Assembly (NCBI GenBank): GCA_965248575.1
Contig: CBDFJQ010000002.1
Coordinates: forward strand, 3,616,001 to 3,680,000
From: Planctomycetota bacterium
Lineage (GTDB): Bacteria; Planctomycetota; B15-G4
DNA: 64,000 nt
Direction of reading: 5' to 3'
A program made the translations under genes and the position numbers. Under the pieces are notes generated by a model that made no database searches, had not been told where the DNA came from, and was given only the letters and a program-made list of their open reading frames with translations. Positions 38,962 to 48,098 of this stretch are shown here, in pieces (positions within the stretch are counted from its first letter, which is position 1; the number at the start of each line of letters is the position of its first letter).

Positions 38962-40308
38962 ATGATCGGCCCGGCATTCTTGACGCTTTGGATGGCACTC
39001 AGCCTGCTCCCTTGGATGGGCGGGGTTCCTGAGGCCGTGGTGGAAGCGGGTGCGCGCGGCCAGCCCAACGTGCTGGTGTTGCTGCTGGACGACCTGGGCG
39101 TGGACAAGATCGCGGCCTATGGCGAGCACCCTGGGGCGGGCCCGACGCCCGTGATGGATCTCATCGCCGGGCACTCCGCGCTCTTCCGCAACGCGTGGGC
39201 CACGCCTGTGTGCTCTCCGGCGCGAGCCACGCTGCTCACGGGGCGGCAACCGTTCCGGCACGGCGTGGGCAACTCCATCGACCCTGACGACACGCCCCTG
39301 GCCGACAGTGAGCTGACCCTCGCAGAACAGCTGGCGGGGCAGGGCTACCGCACGGCGGCCATCGGCAAGTGGCACCTGGCGGCGGACAACCAGCCGGACC
39401 CCTGGCGGCATGCCATCACCTGGGGCGGCTTCGAACGCCACCTCGGCAGCTTCAAGAACATTGGCGACTACTCCAGCTGGCTGCGCAACGACGCCGATGC
39501 CCAGGGCGCCGTGCAGGCGGTGACCCAGGAGTACGCCACCTCCCAAGCGGTGGACGACGCGCTGGAAGTGATCGACGGTTTTGGCAGCGACCCGTGGTTT
39601 GTGTGGGTGGCCTTCCAGGCGGTGCACAAACCCGTGCATACGCCGCCCGCTTCATTGCACACCCAAGGCAATCCCCAGGGCCCGGTGGCCAAGTACCGCG
39701 CCATGGTGGAGGCCATGGACACGGAGATCGGCCGGCTGCTCACGAGCCTTCGCCCCGGAAGTCTCGCCAACACCTACATCGTTGTGCTGGGTGACAACGG
39801 CACCTATGACGACGCCATCACCCCGCCCTTCGGCGTGGGCGGCGGCAGCAAAGGCACCGTGAAGGAGGAGGGGATCAACGTGCCCTTCTTCGTGTACGGC
39901 CCCGACGTGGCCGCGGGCGAGCGGGCGGCCCTCGTGAGCATCGTGGACGTCTTCCCCACCGTGATCGACCTGGTGGGCGGGCGGCAACCCGCGGTGCAGC
40001 TGGACGGCCGGAGCCTGGCGCGTGTCTTGCGCACACCTACCCAGGCGAGTTTGCACGAGGCCCTGTACACCGAGCGTTTTCAGCCCAATGGAATCGGCGG
40101 CAGCAAGACCCTGCGCCTGCGCGCTGCAAGGGATGCCCGCTACAAGGTGACCTTGGAGCAGTACCCGAACATGCCGCTGCTGCGCAGCTTCTACGACCTG
40201 CAGCTCGACCCCTTCGAAGAACAGAGCCTGCTGCCCGTGCCCAACCTCACGCCCGAGCAGAAGGAATCCTACGACGCCCTGATCGCCGTCATCAGCAGCA
40301 TGCAGTGA
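38962..40308 (+). CDS. Arylsulfatase-type (formylglycine) sulfatase
   Basis: PNVLVLLLDDLG, canonical CSPARATLLTG, GYRTAAIGKWHL, HKP and GDNG. Confidence 0.92.
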   Translation: MIGPAFLTLWMALSLLPWMGGVPEAVVEAGARGQPNVLVLLLDDLGVDKIAAYGEHPGAGPTPVMDLIAGHSALFRNAWATPVCSPARATLLTGRQPFRHGVGNSIDPDDTPLADSELTLAEQLAGQGYRTAAIGKWHLAADNQPDPWRHAITWGGFERHLGSFKNIGDYSSWLRNDADAQGAVQAVTQEYATSQAVDDALEVIDGFGSDPWFVWVAFQAVHKPVHTPPASLHTQGNPQGPVAKYRAMVEAMDTEIGRLLTSLRPGSLANTYIVVLGDNGTYDDAITPPFGVGGGSKGTVKEEGINVPFFVYGPDVAAGERAALVSIVDVFPTVIDLVGGRQPAVQLDGRSLARVLRTPTQASLHEALYTERFQPNGIGGSKTLRLRAARDARYKVTLEQYPNMPLLRSFYDLQLDPFEEQSLLPVPNLTPEQKESYDALIAVISSMQ

Positions 40309-40310
40309 GC

Positions 40311-40335
40311 GGCTGCTCGCGCCGGGCGGCCTTTT
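40311..40335 (+). terminator. Putative intrinsic terminator
   Basis: GGCTGCTCG-cgc-CGGGCGGCC followed by TTTT, 3 bp after the sulfatase stop. Confidence 0.6.
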
Positions 40336-40381
40336 GCGTAAACCGCCTTTGACCCGCCGCTCCGGACTCGTGGACCTCTAG

Positions 40382-43171
40382 TCAGTCGTCCGAGAAGGCG
40401 TTGGTCGTGAAGAGCGGCCGGCCCGCCAGCGCCGCGCGGTAGGCCCAGGTGCCGAGCGCCAAGAGCACGGCGAGCGTCACCACCGTGGTGTGCAGATGCC
40501 AGGAGCGCGGGTCGACGGTGAGATCCACCGTGCGCAACAAGCCCTGCACAAAGAAGGCAGAGATGCAGGCCACGATGCCGTAGCGCGTGAGCAGCGCGAG
40601 GAAGAGCAGCATGAAGCCGCAGCTCGCGGCCACAGCGTAGATGGAGTAGTGCGACTCCACCGCCATGGTGGAAGCCAGCGCGGCGACCCAGATCGTCGAC
40701 GCCAACCAGCTGATGCGGATCCACGATCGCAGCAGCATCAGCGTCAACAACAGCAGCAGCGAGATGATGACGGAGTCGCCGGCGATCTTGGCGGCCACGC
40801 CCAGGGTGGCGGTCCAGCTCTCCATGCCGGCCACTGAGCGGGTGGCCATGGCGCCGCCCATGCCGAAGGCGCCCAGGGCGCGGTCGAGGCCGGCCACCAA
40901 CAGCAAACTGGCCAGGGTCGCCACCCCACCCACGAGGATGTCGCGCCCCAGGATGGGGTCGGCGAGGCGGCCCGAGAGCAGCCGCGACCAGGAGATGAGC
41001 ACGGCGGGCCAGCGGCGGCGCGCGAAGGGCTCGAGAGCCAGGTAGAAGACGTAGACGTGCAGGCCGATGAAGGTGCAGTAGCCCAGGGCCGGGACGAGGG
41101 TCGCGGCCCAGGCGCGCACGTCGGCGGTGTGGTCGGCCGTGCCCAACCAGTAGACGAGATGTGTGCAGAAGCCGAACAGGCCGAGGCGCCAGGCGCCCTT
41201 GCGGTCACTGTGTCCGCGGCGCACGTTCTGGAAGGCGAGCAGGGCGCCGGCCGCCAGGATGCTCAGGCCGATCCAGCCCACGGCGTTGGAGCGCCGGGTG
41301 CTGCCCAAGGGCGCCGACTCGATCTCGAGCGGCGCGAGGCTCCCGCGCCGGTGGCGGCTTGTTTCGCCGTCGCTTCGGCCGGCTTCGTTGGCGGACCCCG
41401 TTTCGTTGTCGGTCCCGCTACCAATCGCGGGCCCCTCCTGGCGGGTGGCTGCATAGGCCACGCGCTCAGCGCTTTCGTCGCGCGCTGCGGGGACGACATC
41501 CGGGTCCACGTGGAAGAACACCGGCAGGCCGCTCAGGCCGGCGGCGGTGATGCGCCAGCCGCGCGTGTTCGCCGCGGTGGAGCGCCAAGAGCGCCGTTCG
41601 GAGGCGGGCATGCTGGGCAGGAAGTCCGCGCGCACCGCCTGCCACTCGTCGCGATCAAAACCGGCGGCATGAAAGAGGCGTTCCCACTGCTCGTCACCCA
41701 CCGGGGCCGTCTCGGCCAGCAGCGGGTTCTCATCGGGGCCGCCGGGGACGCTCGCAAAGTGCAGCAGCCGGCCCGTGACGTCGGTGGTCACGGCCACCAT
41801 GCCCGGCACGAGCGGGGCAGGGTCTTCGAAGTTGAGGTGCAGTCCCGCGCGCTGCAAGGCGTTGGGGCTCTGGCGGTAGTGGAAGACCACGGGTGAGGGC
41901 AGGGGGTCGTCGTGGCCCGTGCAGGCGTGGCCATCCGCTCGATGCGCGGAGGCCAGCTTGGCGTCCGTGCCGTACCACTCGCCGTAGTCATTGGGCGGGG
42001 TGTCGTAGCCCACATCGGCCAGCAGGCTTGCGACCCGGTCGCGCAGCACCGCCGGGGGCTGCTCGGCCTGAGAGACCAGTTGCTGGCTGCGGTTGGTGGG
42101 CACCAGCGCCAGCAGCCCACCCAGCAGCAAGACGAAAGCCATGAACAACTTGGTGACGCCGTGCACCGCGGGTGCGGCCTCGGTGCCCGCGCCCGCCACC
42201 AGCTCGGGGGCCGGGGTGTCGCCGCTGGCCAGGGCGGCCGCCAAGGGGTCGCCGCCGGGTAGGGCCAAGGTCACCTGTCGCGCGGAGGCAGGCCGGTTCT
42301 CGGGCTTCTTCTCCACGCACTTCAGGATCGTGCGCACGACGCCGGGGTCCACCTGCTCCAACATGCTCTTGGGCAGCCGCGGCGCCTCCTTCTGCTGCAT
42401 GCGCACATAGTCGCCGAAGCTCTTGCCCTCGAAGGCGCGCTTGCCGCTGAAGATCTCGTAGAGCACGAGACCCAAGGAGTACACATCGCTGCGCACGTCC
42501 ACGTCCTTGCCCAGGATCTGCTCGGGCGACATGTAGGCGGGGGTGCCCATCACGCGGCCGTCGTTCTCCTGGCGCACGAGTTCCGCGAGGCCGAAGTCGG
42601 TGATGCAGACCCGGCCGCGGTTGTCGAGCATCAGGTTGGCGGGCTTCAGGTCCCGGTGCAGCACGCCGCGGTCGTGGGCGGCGTAGAGCCCTTCACAGAT
42701 CTGCTTGCCGATGTCGAGCGCCTTCTCGGCCGGCAGCCGCCCGATGCGCTTGAGCAACTTGTCGAGGTCTTCGCCGTCGACGTACTCCATGGACAGGAAG
42801 GTGCGGCCGTCCGCCTCACCGATGTCGTGCACCCGGGCGACGTTGGGGTGCGTCACCTTGCGAGCCAGGCGCGCCTCGGTCACGAAGCGCTGCATGAGCT
42901 CCGGGTTCTCGGCGGCCTCGATCGGCAGGAACTTCAGCGCCACCTGCTCGTCGAGCACCAGGTCGTCTGCCAGGAAGACCTGGCCCATGCTGCCCTTGCC
43001 CAATAGCGAGACGATGCGGTAGCGACCGGCGAGCACGGCGCCGGGTGCATAGCGCCCGTCGGCGAGGTGGGTGCCGGAACTGCCGGCCCCGGCGTCGGCT
43101 TGGCCGTCGGCCTGGGCAGAGCCCTTCCCCGGCCTGGAGCTGCTGCCATGAGAGGAAGGCGAGCTGGGCAT
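40382..43171 (-). CDS. Ser/Thr protein kinase with extracytoplasmic loop and multi-pass C-terminal membrane domain
   Basis: LGKGSMGQV, VALKFL, HRDLKPAN, DFGLA and GTPAYMSPEQ; one TM helix, a large loop, then about 7-8 hydrophobic helices. Confidence 0.92.
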   Translation of the reverse strand: MPSSPSSHGSSSRPGKGSAQADGQADAGAGSSGTHLADGRYAPGAVLAGRYRIVSLLGKGSMGQVFLADDLVLDEQVALKFLPIEAAENPELMQRFVTEARLARKVTHPNVARVHDIGEADGRTFLSMEYVDGEDLDKLLKRIGRLPAEKALDIGKQICEGLYAAHDRGVLHRDLKPANLMLDNRGRVCITDFGLAELVRQENDGRVMGTPAYMSPEQILGKDVDVRSDVYSLGLVLYEIFSGKRAFEGKSFGDYVRMQQKEAPRLPKSMLEQVDPGVVRTILKCVEKKPENRPASARQVTLALPGGDPLAAALASGDTPAPELVAGAGTEAAPAVHGVTKLFMAFVLLLGGLLALVPTNRSQQLVSQAEQPPAVLRDRVASLLADVGYDTPPNDYGEWYGTDAKLASAHRADGHACTGHDDPLPSPVVFHYRQSPNALQRAGLHLNFEDPAPLVPGMVAVTTDVTGRLLHFASVPGGPDENPLLAETAPVGDEQWERLFHAAGFDRDEWQAVRADFLPSMPASERRSWRSTAANTRGWRITAAGLSGLPVFFHVDPDVVPAARDESAERVAYAATRQEGPAIGSGTDNETGSANEAGRSDGETSRHRRGSLAPLEIESAPLGSTRRSNAVGWIGLSILAAGALLAFQNVRRGHSDRKGAWRLGLFGFCTHLVYWLGTADHTADVRAWAATLVPALGYCTFIGLHVYVFYLALEPFARRRWPAVLISWSRLLSGRLADPILGRDILVGGVATLASLLLVAGLDRALGAFGMGGAMATRSVAGMESWTATLGVAAKIAGDSVIISLLLLLTLMLLRSWIRISWLASTIWVAALASTMAVESHYSIYAVAASCGFMLLFLALLTRYGIVACISAFFVQGLLRTVDLTVDPRSWHLHTTVVTLAVLLALGTWAYRAALAGRPLFTTNAFSDD

Positions 43172-43349
43172 GGCGAGCGGTCGTGGCGGGGCGCAGGTGA
43201 ACTCGCCGACCCCGCCGTGGGGGTTCGACGCAGGCCCACACAGGTGGGGCCCAGCCCTCTTTCATCGGGTTTCGGACCGGGGGTTCTGGAATCCTGTTTT
43301 CGGGCGCTATCGGTCTGCCTCGACCCATCGTTTGCCCGCCTTCTCAGGG

Positions 43350-45677
43350 TCAGAGATCGAGGGGTAGCTCGACGATGAAGGAACCACCCCAGTAGTGCTC
43401 GACATCGGGCTGTTCCAGGGCGACTTCCCGGGAGGAACGAAAGCGGAGACGCACGCTGTCCACCTCTCCGGCAGCGAGGGCTGAAAGGTAGGCCTGATGC
43501 TCGGGGCTGATGTTGCTGGCCGCCCCTGCCTCCGCTGCTTTCGGCGCGTCGAAGGCGAACAAGAAGCTGCGGCTCATGTCGTCGATGGGAGGGATGGGTC
43601 CCATGGAAAAGGGCGCCGTACCCAAGGGGACGTCGCTGTCGGGTGCCAACAACTCCACGCCGAAGCAAGCGGGCACGGTCGTGGGGCTTTGGTTTCCGAA
43701 GGTCACGAACAGCTGTGCCGCCTTGTCCGCCATGGACTCCCAGTCGTTGAGGCGGACGCGGTCCGGGGTGAAGGCCTTCTGCATGGCGACGTCGGTCAGC
43801 GGGTCGCTCACCCGAACGGGGTAATCGTCGGGATAGGTGTCGCCAATGAGCAGGGTGCGCGGCTGGAAGACACGCACCACTTCGGTGCCCTTGAAGTTGC
43901 CGTCCTGTGAGGCGCCGTCTGTGTGTTGCACCCGGAGCGTGGCGCTCACCTTCAGGGTGACGAACTCCTTGTGCAGGTGTCCTTCCAGGAGCTCTCCGAG
44001 GGATGGCCTGAACACCCAGTTGCTTGGGCTGTCTGTACCGGCCTCGCTGAAGCCTTGCTTGGGAGGAGAGGCCCGGAACATGAAGCCTCCCGTGCTCTTC
44101 TCTTCACCATCCACGAGGAGGGAGAGGCTCATCCCCACCCAAGTGTCGGGCGGCAGTCCGGGGTCGCTGCGCTGCCATGCCACGTTGATCTTTCCGGGCG
44201 CGTCGCGGGCCACCAGCGAGCGCACGTGAAGCGTGGGCTGGAACCAGGTGTCGAGCACCTCTTCGCCGTCGGGCAACAGGCCGTCCGCCATGAGCATGAG
44301 TTGCTCGGTGGAGGGCGCGTTGGACGTCAGCTCGTTGGGATCGGCCGAAACTCCGCTGAGCAGCAGGAAGAGGGTGCTCACCGTGGCCAGGGTGCCCATC
44401 AGGGCGAGCACGACCAGCAGCGCCGTGAGGATCGGGTGGCGGCGCCACCAGGCTCGCGCTGCAGTTCCACCGCCCACGAGACGTTGGGAGAGCTTCGGCA
44501 CGCCGGGCGGCAGTTGGGTTGGGTGGGCCAGGGCGTCGCGCAGGGCCGTGGCAAAGTCGCCCGCGCGGCGGAAGCGCTGCTCGGGCTCGTGGTTCAGGGC
44601 TTTGTGCACGACCGCTTCGAGCGCGGGGGGCACGCCGGGCAGGGCCTCCGAGAGAGGCACGAGTTGGCCATCACCCATGGCGGAGATGAGGGCGTTGCGG
44701 CTGGCGCCCGCATAGGGCAAGCGCAGGGCGAGCAGCTCGTAGAGGGTGACGCCCACGGAGTAGATGTCCGTGCGCGCATCGAGCGGTGCCTCGCGCCGGA
44801 AGGCCTGCTCGGGGCTCATGTAGAGCGGTGAACCGAAGACCTCGCCGGTGACCGTCAGCTCGGTGGCTGCGAGGTCGAGGGCCAGGCCGAAGTCCGTGAG
44901 CCGCGGCGTGCCGTCTGCCTCGGTCAGGATGTTCCCCGGCTTCACGTCGCGGTGCACGATGCCTTCGGCGTGGGCGTAGTCGAGGGCGTCGAGCACCTTG
45001 GCCATGAGCTGCACGGCCCACTCGATGCGTTCGGCGTCCGAGTGCGGCAGCGCGTCGGGGTAGGGCAGCTCGCAGTGGACCGTGTTGCCGCTCGTCGCGG
45101 GATCCGACGCAGCTGCCGACGCCGAGACCGTGGGCAACCCCGCCTCGCTCACCGTCGGCTCACTCTCATCTCGCTCCTGTTTCCAAAGCCGCAGAAGGTC
45201 CGCGAGCGAGCAGCCATCCACGAACTCCATGGCGAAGAAGGGCGCGCCCCCTGCTTCGCCGACGCTGTAGACCGGCACGATGTTCGGGTGCCGCAGCCGA
45301 CCCGCCGCCGCGGACTCGCGCTGGAAGCGCTTCAACAGGCGCCGGTCCTGGCGCAGGGCGGGCGGCAGGATCTTCAAAGCCACCGGCCGGTTGAGGGGCA
45401 TCTGCAGCGCGCGGTAGACCACGCCCATGCCGCCGCGCCCGATCTCCGGGCCGATCTCGTATTCGCCCAAGCGCACGGGCTTGTCGAGGGCCGGGTCCGG
45501 CGGCACCTCCAGCACATTCAGGATCTGGAAGAAGCGCTGCAGGGGCTCGGCGTGTTCCGGGTGGCGGCCAACCCAGGTGCCCTGCTCGACGGGCTCACCG
45601 GCGTGCAGCCGATTCAGGATGTGGTCCTGGATGTCTTCCAGGGGGCTCCCGGGCGGCGGTGTCTGGGTGTCAGCCAT
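43350..45677 (-). CDS. Ser/Thr protein kinase with single TM and extracytoplasmic domain (ECF-associated type)
   Basis: IGRGGMGVVY, VALKIL, HRDVKPGN, DFGLA, GSPLYMSPEQ and a TM helix after WWRRHP. Confidence 0.93.
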   Translation of the reverse strand: MADTQTPPPGSPLEDIQDHILNRLHAGEPVEQGTWVGRHPEHAEPLQRFFQILNVLEVPPDPALDKPVRLGEYEIGPEIGRGGMGVVYRALQMPLNRPVALKILPPALRQDRRLLKRFQRESAAAGRLRHPNIVPVYSVGEAGGAPFFAMEFVDGCSLADLLRLWKQERDESEPTVSEAGLPTVSASAAASDPATSGNTVHCELPYPDALPHSDAERIEWAVQLMAKVLDALDYAHAEGIVHRDVKPGNILTEADGTPRLTDFGLALDLAATELTVTGEVFGSPLYMSPEQAFRREAPLDARTDIYSVGVTLYELLALRLPYAGASRNALISAMGDGQLVPLSEALPGVPPALEAVVHKALNHEPEQRFRRAGDFATALRDALAHPTQLPPGVPKLSQRLVGGGTAARAWWRRHPILTALLVVLALMGTLATVSTLFLLLSGVSADPNELTSNAPSTEQLMLMADGLLPDGEEVLDTWFQPTLHVRSLVARDAPGKINVAWQRSDPGLPPDTWVGMSLSLLVDGEEKSTGGFMFRASPPKQGFSEAGTDSPSNWVFRPSLGELLEGHLHKEFVTLKVSATLRVQHTDGASQDGNFKGTEVVRVFQPRTLLIGDTYPDDYPVRVSDPLTDVAMQKAFTPDRVRLNDWESMADKAAQLFVTFGNQSPTTVPACFGVELLAPDSDVPLGTAPFSMGPIPPIDDMSRSFLFAFDAPKAAEAGAASNISPEHQAYLSALAAGEVDSVRLRFRSSREVALEQPDVEHYWGGSFIVELPLDL

Positions 45678-45857
45678 GGGGGTTTCCAATGCAGCGTGGG
45701 GGTCGGAGGGGTCGACTGGCCTTCCTCAGGTGGTGGAGGGGTGGGCCTGTCTTGTTCCATGGCGGCCTCGGTGCAAAAGGTCGCGCAGCTGCGTGGAAAA
45801 AAGTGGGGTGGAGTGGTGGGGTGGTGGAGTGAAGGGGTGGAGCGGGGTCGGGGGGGC

Positions 45858-46421
45858 TCAACCCGCCGTCATGGCTCGCGAGAGGGCGTCCAGGCCGCGG
45901 GAGACGAGGGCTTTCACCGCAGGTTGGGTGCTCTCCAAACGCTCGGCGGTTTCCGCCAGGGACAGGCCGCCGAGGTAGCGCAGGCGCACGGCCTCGGCCT
46001 GGCGTTCGGGCAGCTTGGCGAGGGCGGCCTCGATACGAGCGGCGCCTTCGTCTGCCATGGCGAAGCGGCTGGGAGTCGCGCTGTTGCCCAGCTGCGCGTC
46101 GGTCGCCAGGCGGGTCTCCAGCGCGCGCTTCTTGGCGCGCCCCGCACGGCGCGCCTCTGACAACTTGTAGCGGGCGATCTCCACCAGCCAGCGGTAGAAG
46201 GAGAAGGGACCCCGCGCCTCGAAGCTGTCGATCTTGCGCGCCGACTCGAGCAGGGTCTCCTGCAGGATGTCCTCGGCCGAGGTGCGGCCCGCGAGGGGCT
46301 GCGACATGCTCACGCGGATGAAGCCCAGCAGCCGCCCCGCGTGTCGAGCGTAGAGGTCGTCGAGGGCCTGGCGGTCGCCGAGACGGGCGGCGTCGAGCAG
46401 GTAGGTGGTCTCGGAGGTCAC
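45858..46421 (-). CDS. ECF-type RNA polymerase sigma factor
   Basis: ARLGDRQALDDLY, SAEDILQET, FYRWLVEIAR and ALAKLPERQAEAVRLRYLGGLSLAETAERL. Start probably GTG 46421 (the ORF extends to 46535). Confidence 0.92.
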   Translation of the reverse strand: MTSETTYLLDAARLGDRQALDDLYARHAGRLLGFIRVSMSQPLAGRTSAEDILQETLLESARKIDSFEARGPFSFYRWLVEIARYKLSEARRAGRAKKRALETRLATDAQLGNSATPSRFAMADEGAARIEAALAKLPERQAEAVRLRYLGGLSLAETAERLESTQPAVKALVSRGLDALSRAMTAG

Positions 46422-46723
46422 GGGCTCACGATGGACTGGAGTCAGCCGCCCGGCAAGATGAAGCTGGTCGTCATTCCGACGGCGAAGGGTGGCAATGCCT
46501 TCTGCGGGCTCGTGGCGCACAGCAGGGCCTCTCACTGAGCGAGGCAGGATGACGTGCCGATCAGAGTCAGAGAGACCAGGTACAGCAGTGTGCCGCGCTC
46601 AACCCCCAGGTTTGACAAGAGGGTGGACAGGGTCCAGAAGCCCACGCGCGGCAGTAGATTGGCGGCCGACCCGTCGGCACTGCCATAAGACACTCCGCTC
46701 CTACGTTGCTGTAGAGACCCGCC

Positions 46724-48067
46724 ATGGATGAGAAGCCCCACGACGCCAAACACAGCACGGTCAATAGTTCCCCTGCGCGAAGCTGGTTGCGCCTGCTCGC
46801 GTCCGCCGCCTTCGCCTACGGCTTGCTCGAACTCGTGGTGCAGGTGGCCTGGTCGCCGGAGGTCGTACTGCGCGTAGACAACCTGGGGCAAGAGGTCTCG
46901 GCGGACGCCATGTCCAGCGAAGCGTTGCAGGCCGCGCGGGAGCAGGCGGGCCTCGGCTTCCGCGATCCCAGCCAGAGCGTGCACCCTTATCTGGGCTTCG
47001 TGTATGTACCAACCGAGGAGCGCGGCGCGGGGGCCGCGGGCATGTTCCCCATCTCCGAGGAGGGCTTCCTGACTGCGGGTTCGGTCGTGCGCAAGCGTGG
47101 GCCAGGCAAGTTGGTGATCGGTCTCACGGGCGGATCGGTGGCGGGGCAGCTGGGGTCCTTCTACGCCGACTTCTTGAAGACGGCCATGCATGCGCACGAG
47201 GTCTTCGCCGACCGCGAGTTGGAGTTCGTGTGGATGGGCATGCCCGGCTACCACCAGCCGCAGCAGGCGATCCTGCTCAACTACCTGTTGGCCCAGGGGG
47301 CCGAGTTCGACGCCTTCGTGAACCTGGACGGTTTCAACGAGATCGCCGTGGGCCCGGTGCTCAACGCGCCGCGCGGCACGCACCCCTTGTTCCCCATGAA
47401 CTGGAGCATGGTGGCGCTGGACGTGCCCGACCTGCGGGTGCGGCGCACGGTGGGGGCCATCGAGCACCTGATTCGCGCTCGGCGGGAGGCGGCGTTGGCC
47501 TTCGCGGACTCGGGCTGGGCCTGGTCACCCCTGGCGCGCCTGCTGAACGTGCGCGAGGACGAGCGGGTTTCGGAGCGCATTGCGGCCTTCGAGGCCGAGC
47601 TGACGTCGTTGCCCCTGGACGAGGTGCCATGGTTCGTGCGCGGACCCGCGCGGGATCACGGCCCGCTGGAAGAGCTGGTGGCCGAGGGCGCCCGGGTCTG
47701 GGAGCGCTGCTCACGTCAACTCGAGGCGCTGTGCCGGGCGAACGGCATCCGCTACGTGCACGTGTTGCAGCCAAACCAGTACGACACGGGGTCGAAGGAG
47801 CTGAACGAGTTCGAGCTGGAGGCCGCTTGGGATGACGAGTCGCCCTACAAGTCCGCGGTGGAGCAGGGGTATCCGTTGCTGCGGGAGGCCGGTAAGCGCC
47901 TCGTCGCGCAGGACGGCATCGTCTTCTGCGACCTGAGTGGGATCTTCCAGCAGGTGTCGGGCCCGGTCTACTCGGACGCCTGCTGCCACTACAACACCGA
48001 GGGCAACCGCTTGCTGTCGGTGGGCATGGCGGCGGCGCTGGCGGAGGCGTTCGAGGGGCAGGGCTGA
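46724..48067 (+). CDS. SGNH-like membrane-anchored hypothetical protein
   Basis: N-terminal TM, HPYLGF, LTGGSVA, GYHQPQQ, LDGFNE, LQPNQY and DACCHYNTEGN. Confidence 0.65.
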   Translation: MDEKPHDAKHSTVNSSPARSWLRLLASAAFAYGLLELVVQVAWSPEVVLRVDNLGQEVSADAMSSEALQAAREQAGLGFRDPSQSVHPYLGFVYVPTEERGAGAAGMFPISEEGFLTAGSVVRKRGPGKLVIGLTGGSVAGQLGSFYADFLKTAMHAHEVFADRELEFVWMGMPGYHQPQQAILLNYLLAQGAEFDAFVNLDGFNEIAVGPVLNAPRGTHPLFPMNWSMVALDVPDLRVRRTVGAIEHLIRARREAALAFADSGWAWSPLARLLNVREDERVSERIAAFEAELTSLPLDEVPWFVRGPARDHGPLEELVAEGARVWERCSRQLEALCRANGIRYVHVLQPNQYDTGSKELNEFELEAAWDDESPYKSAVEQGYPLLREAGKRLVAQDGIVFCDLSGIFQQVSGPVYSDACCHYNTEGNRLLSVGMAAALAEAFEGQG

Positions 48068-48098
48068 GTGAAGAAGGGCGTTGCGGGCAAGGGCCCGG

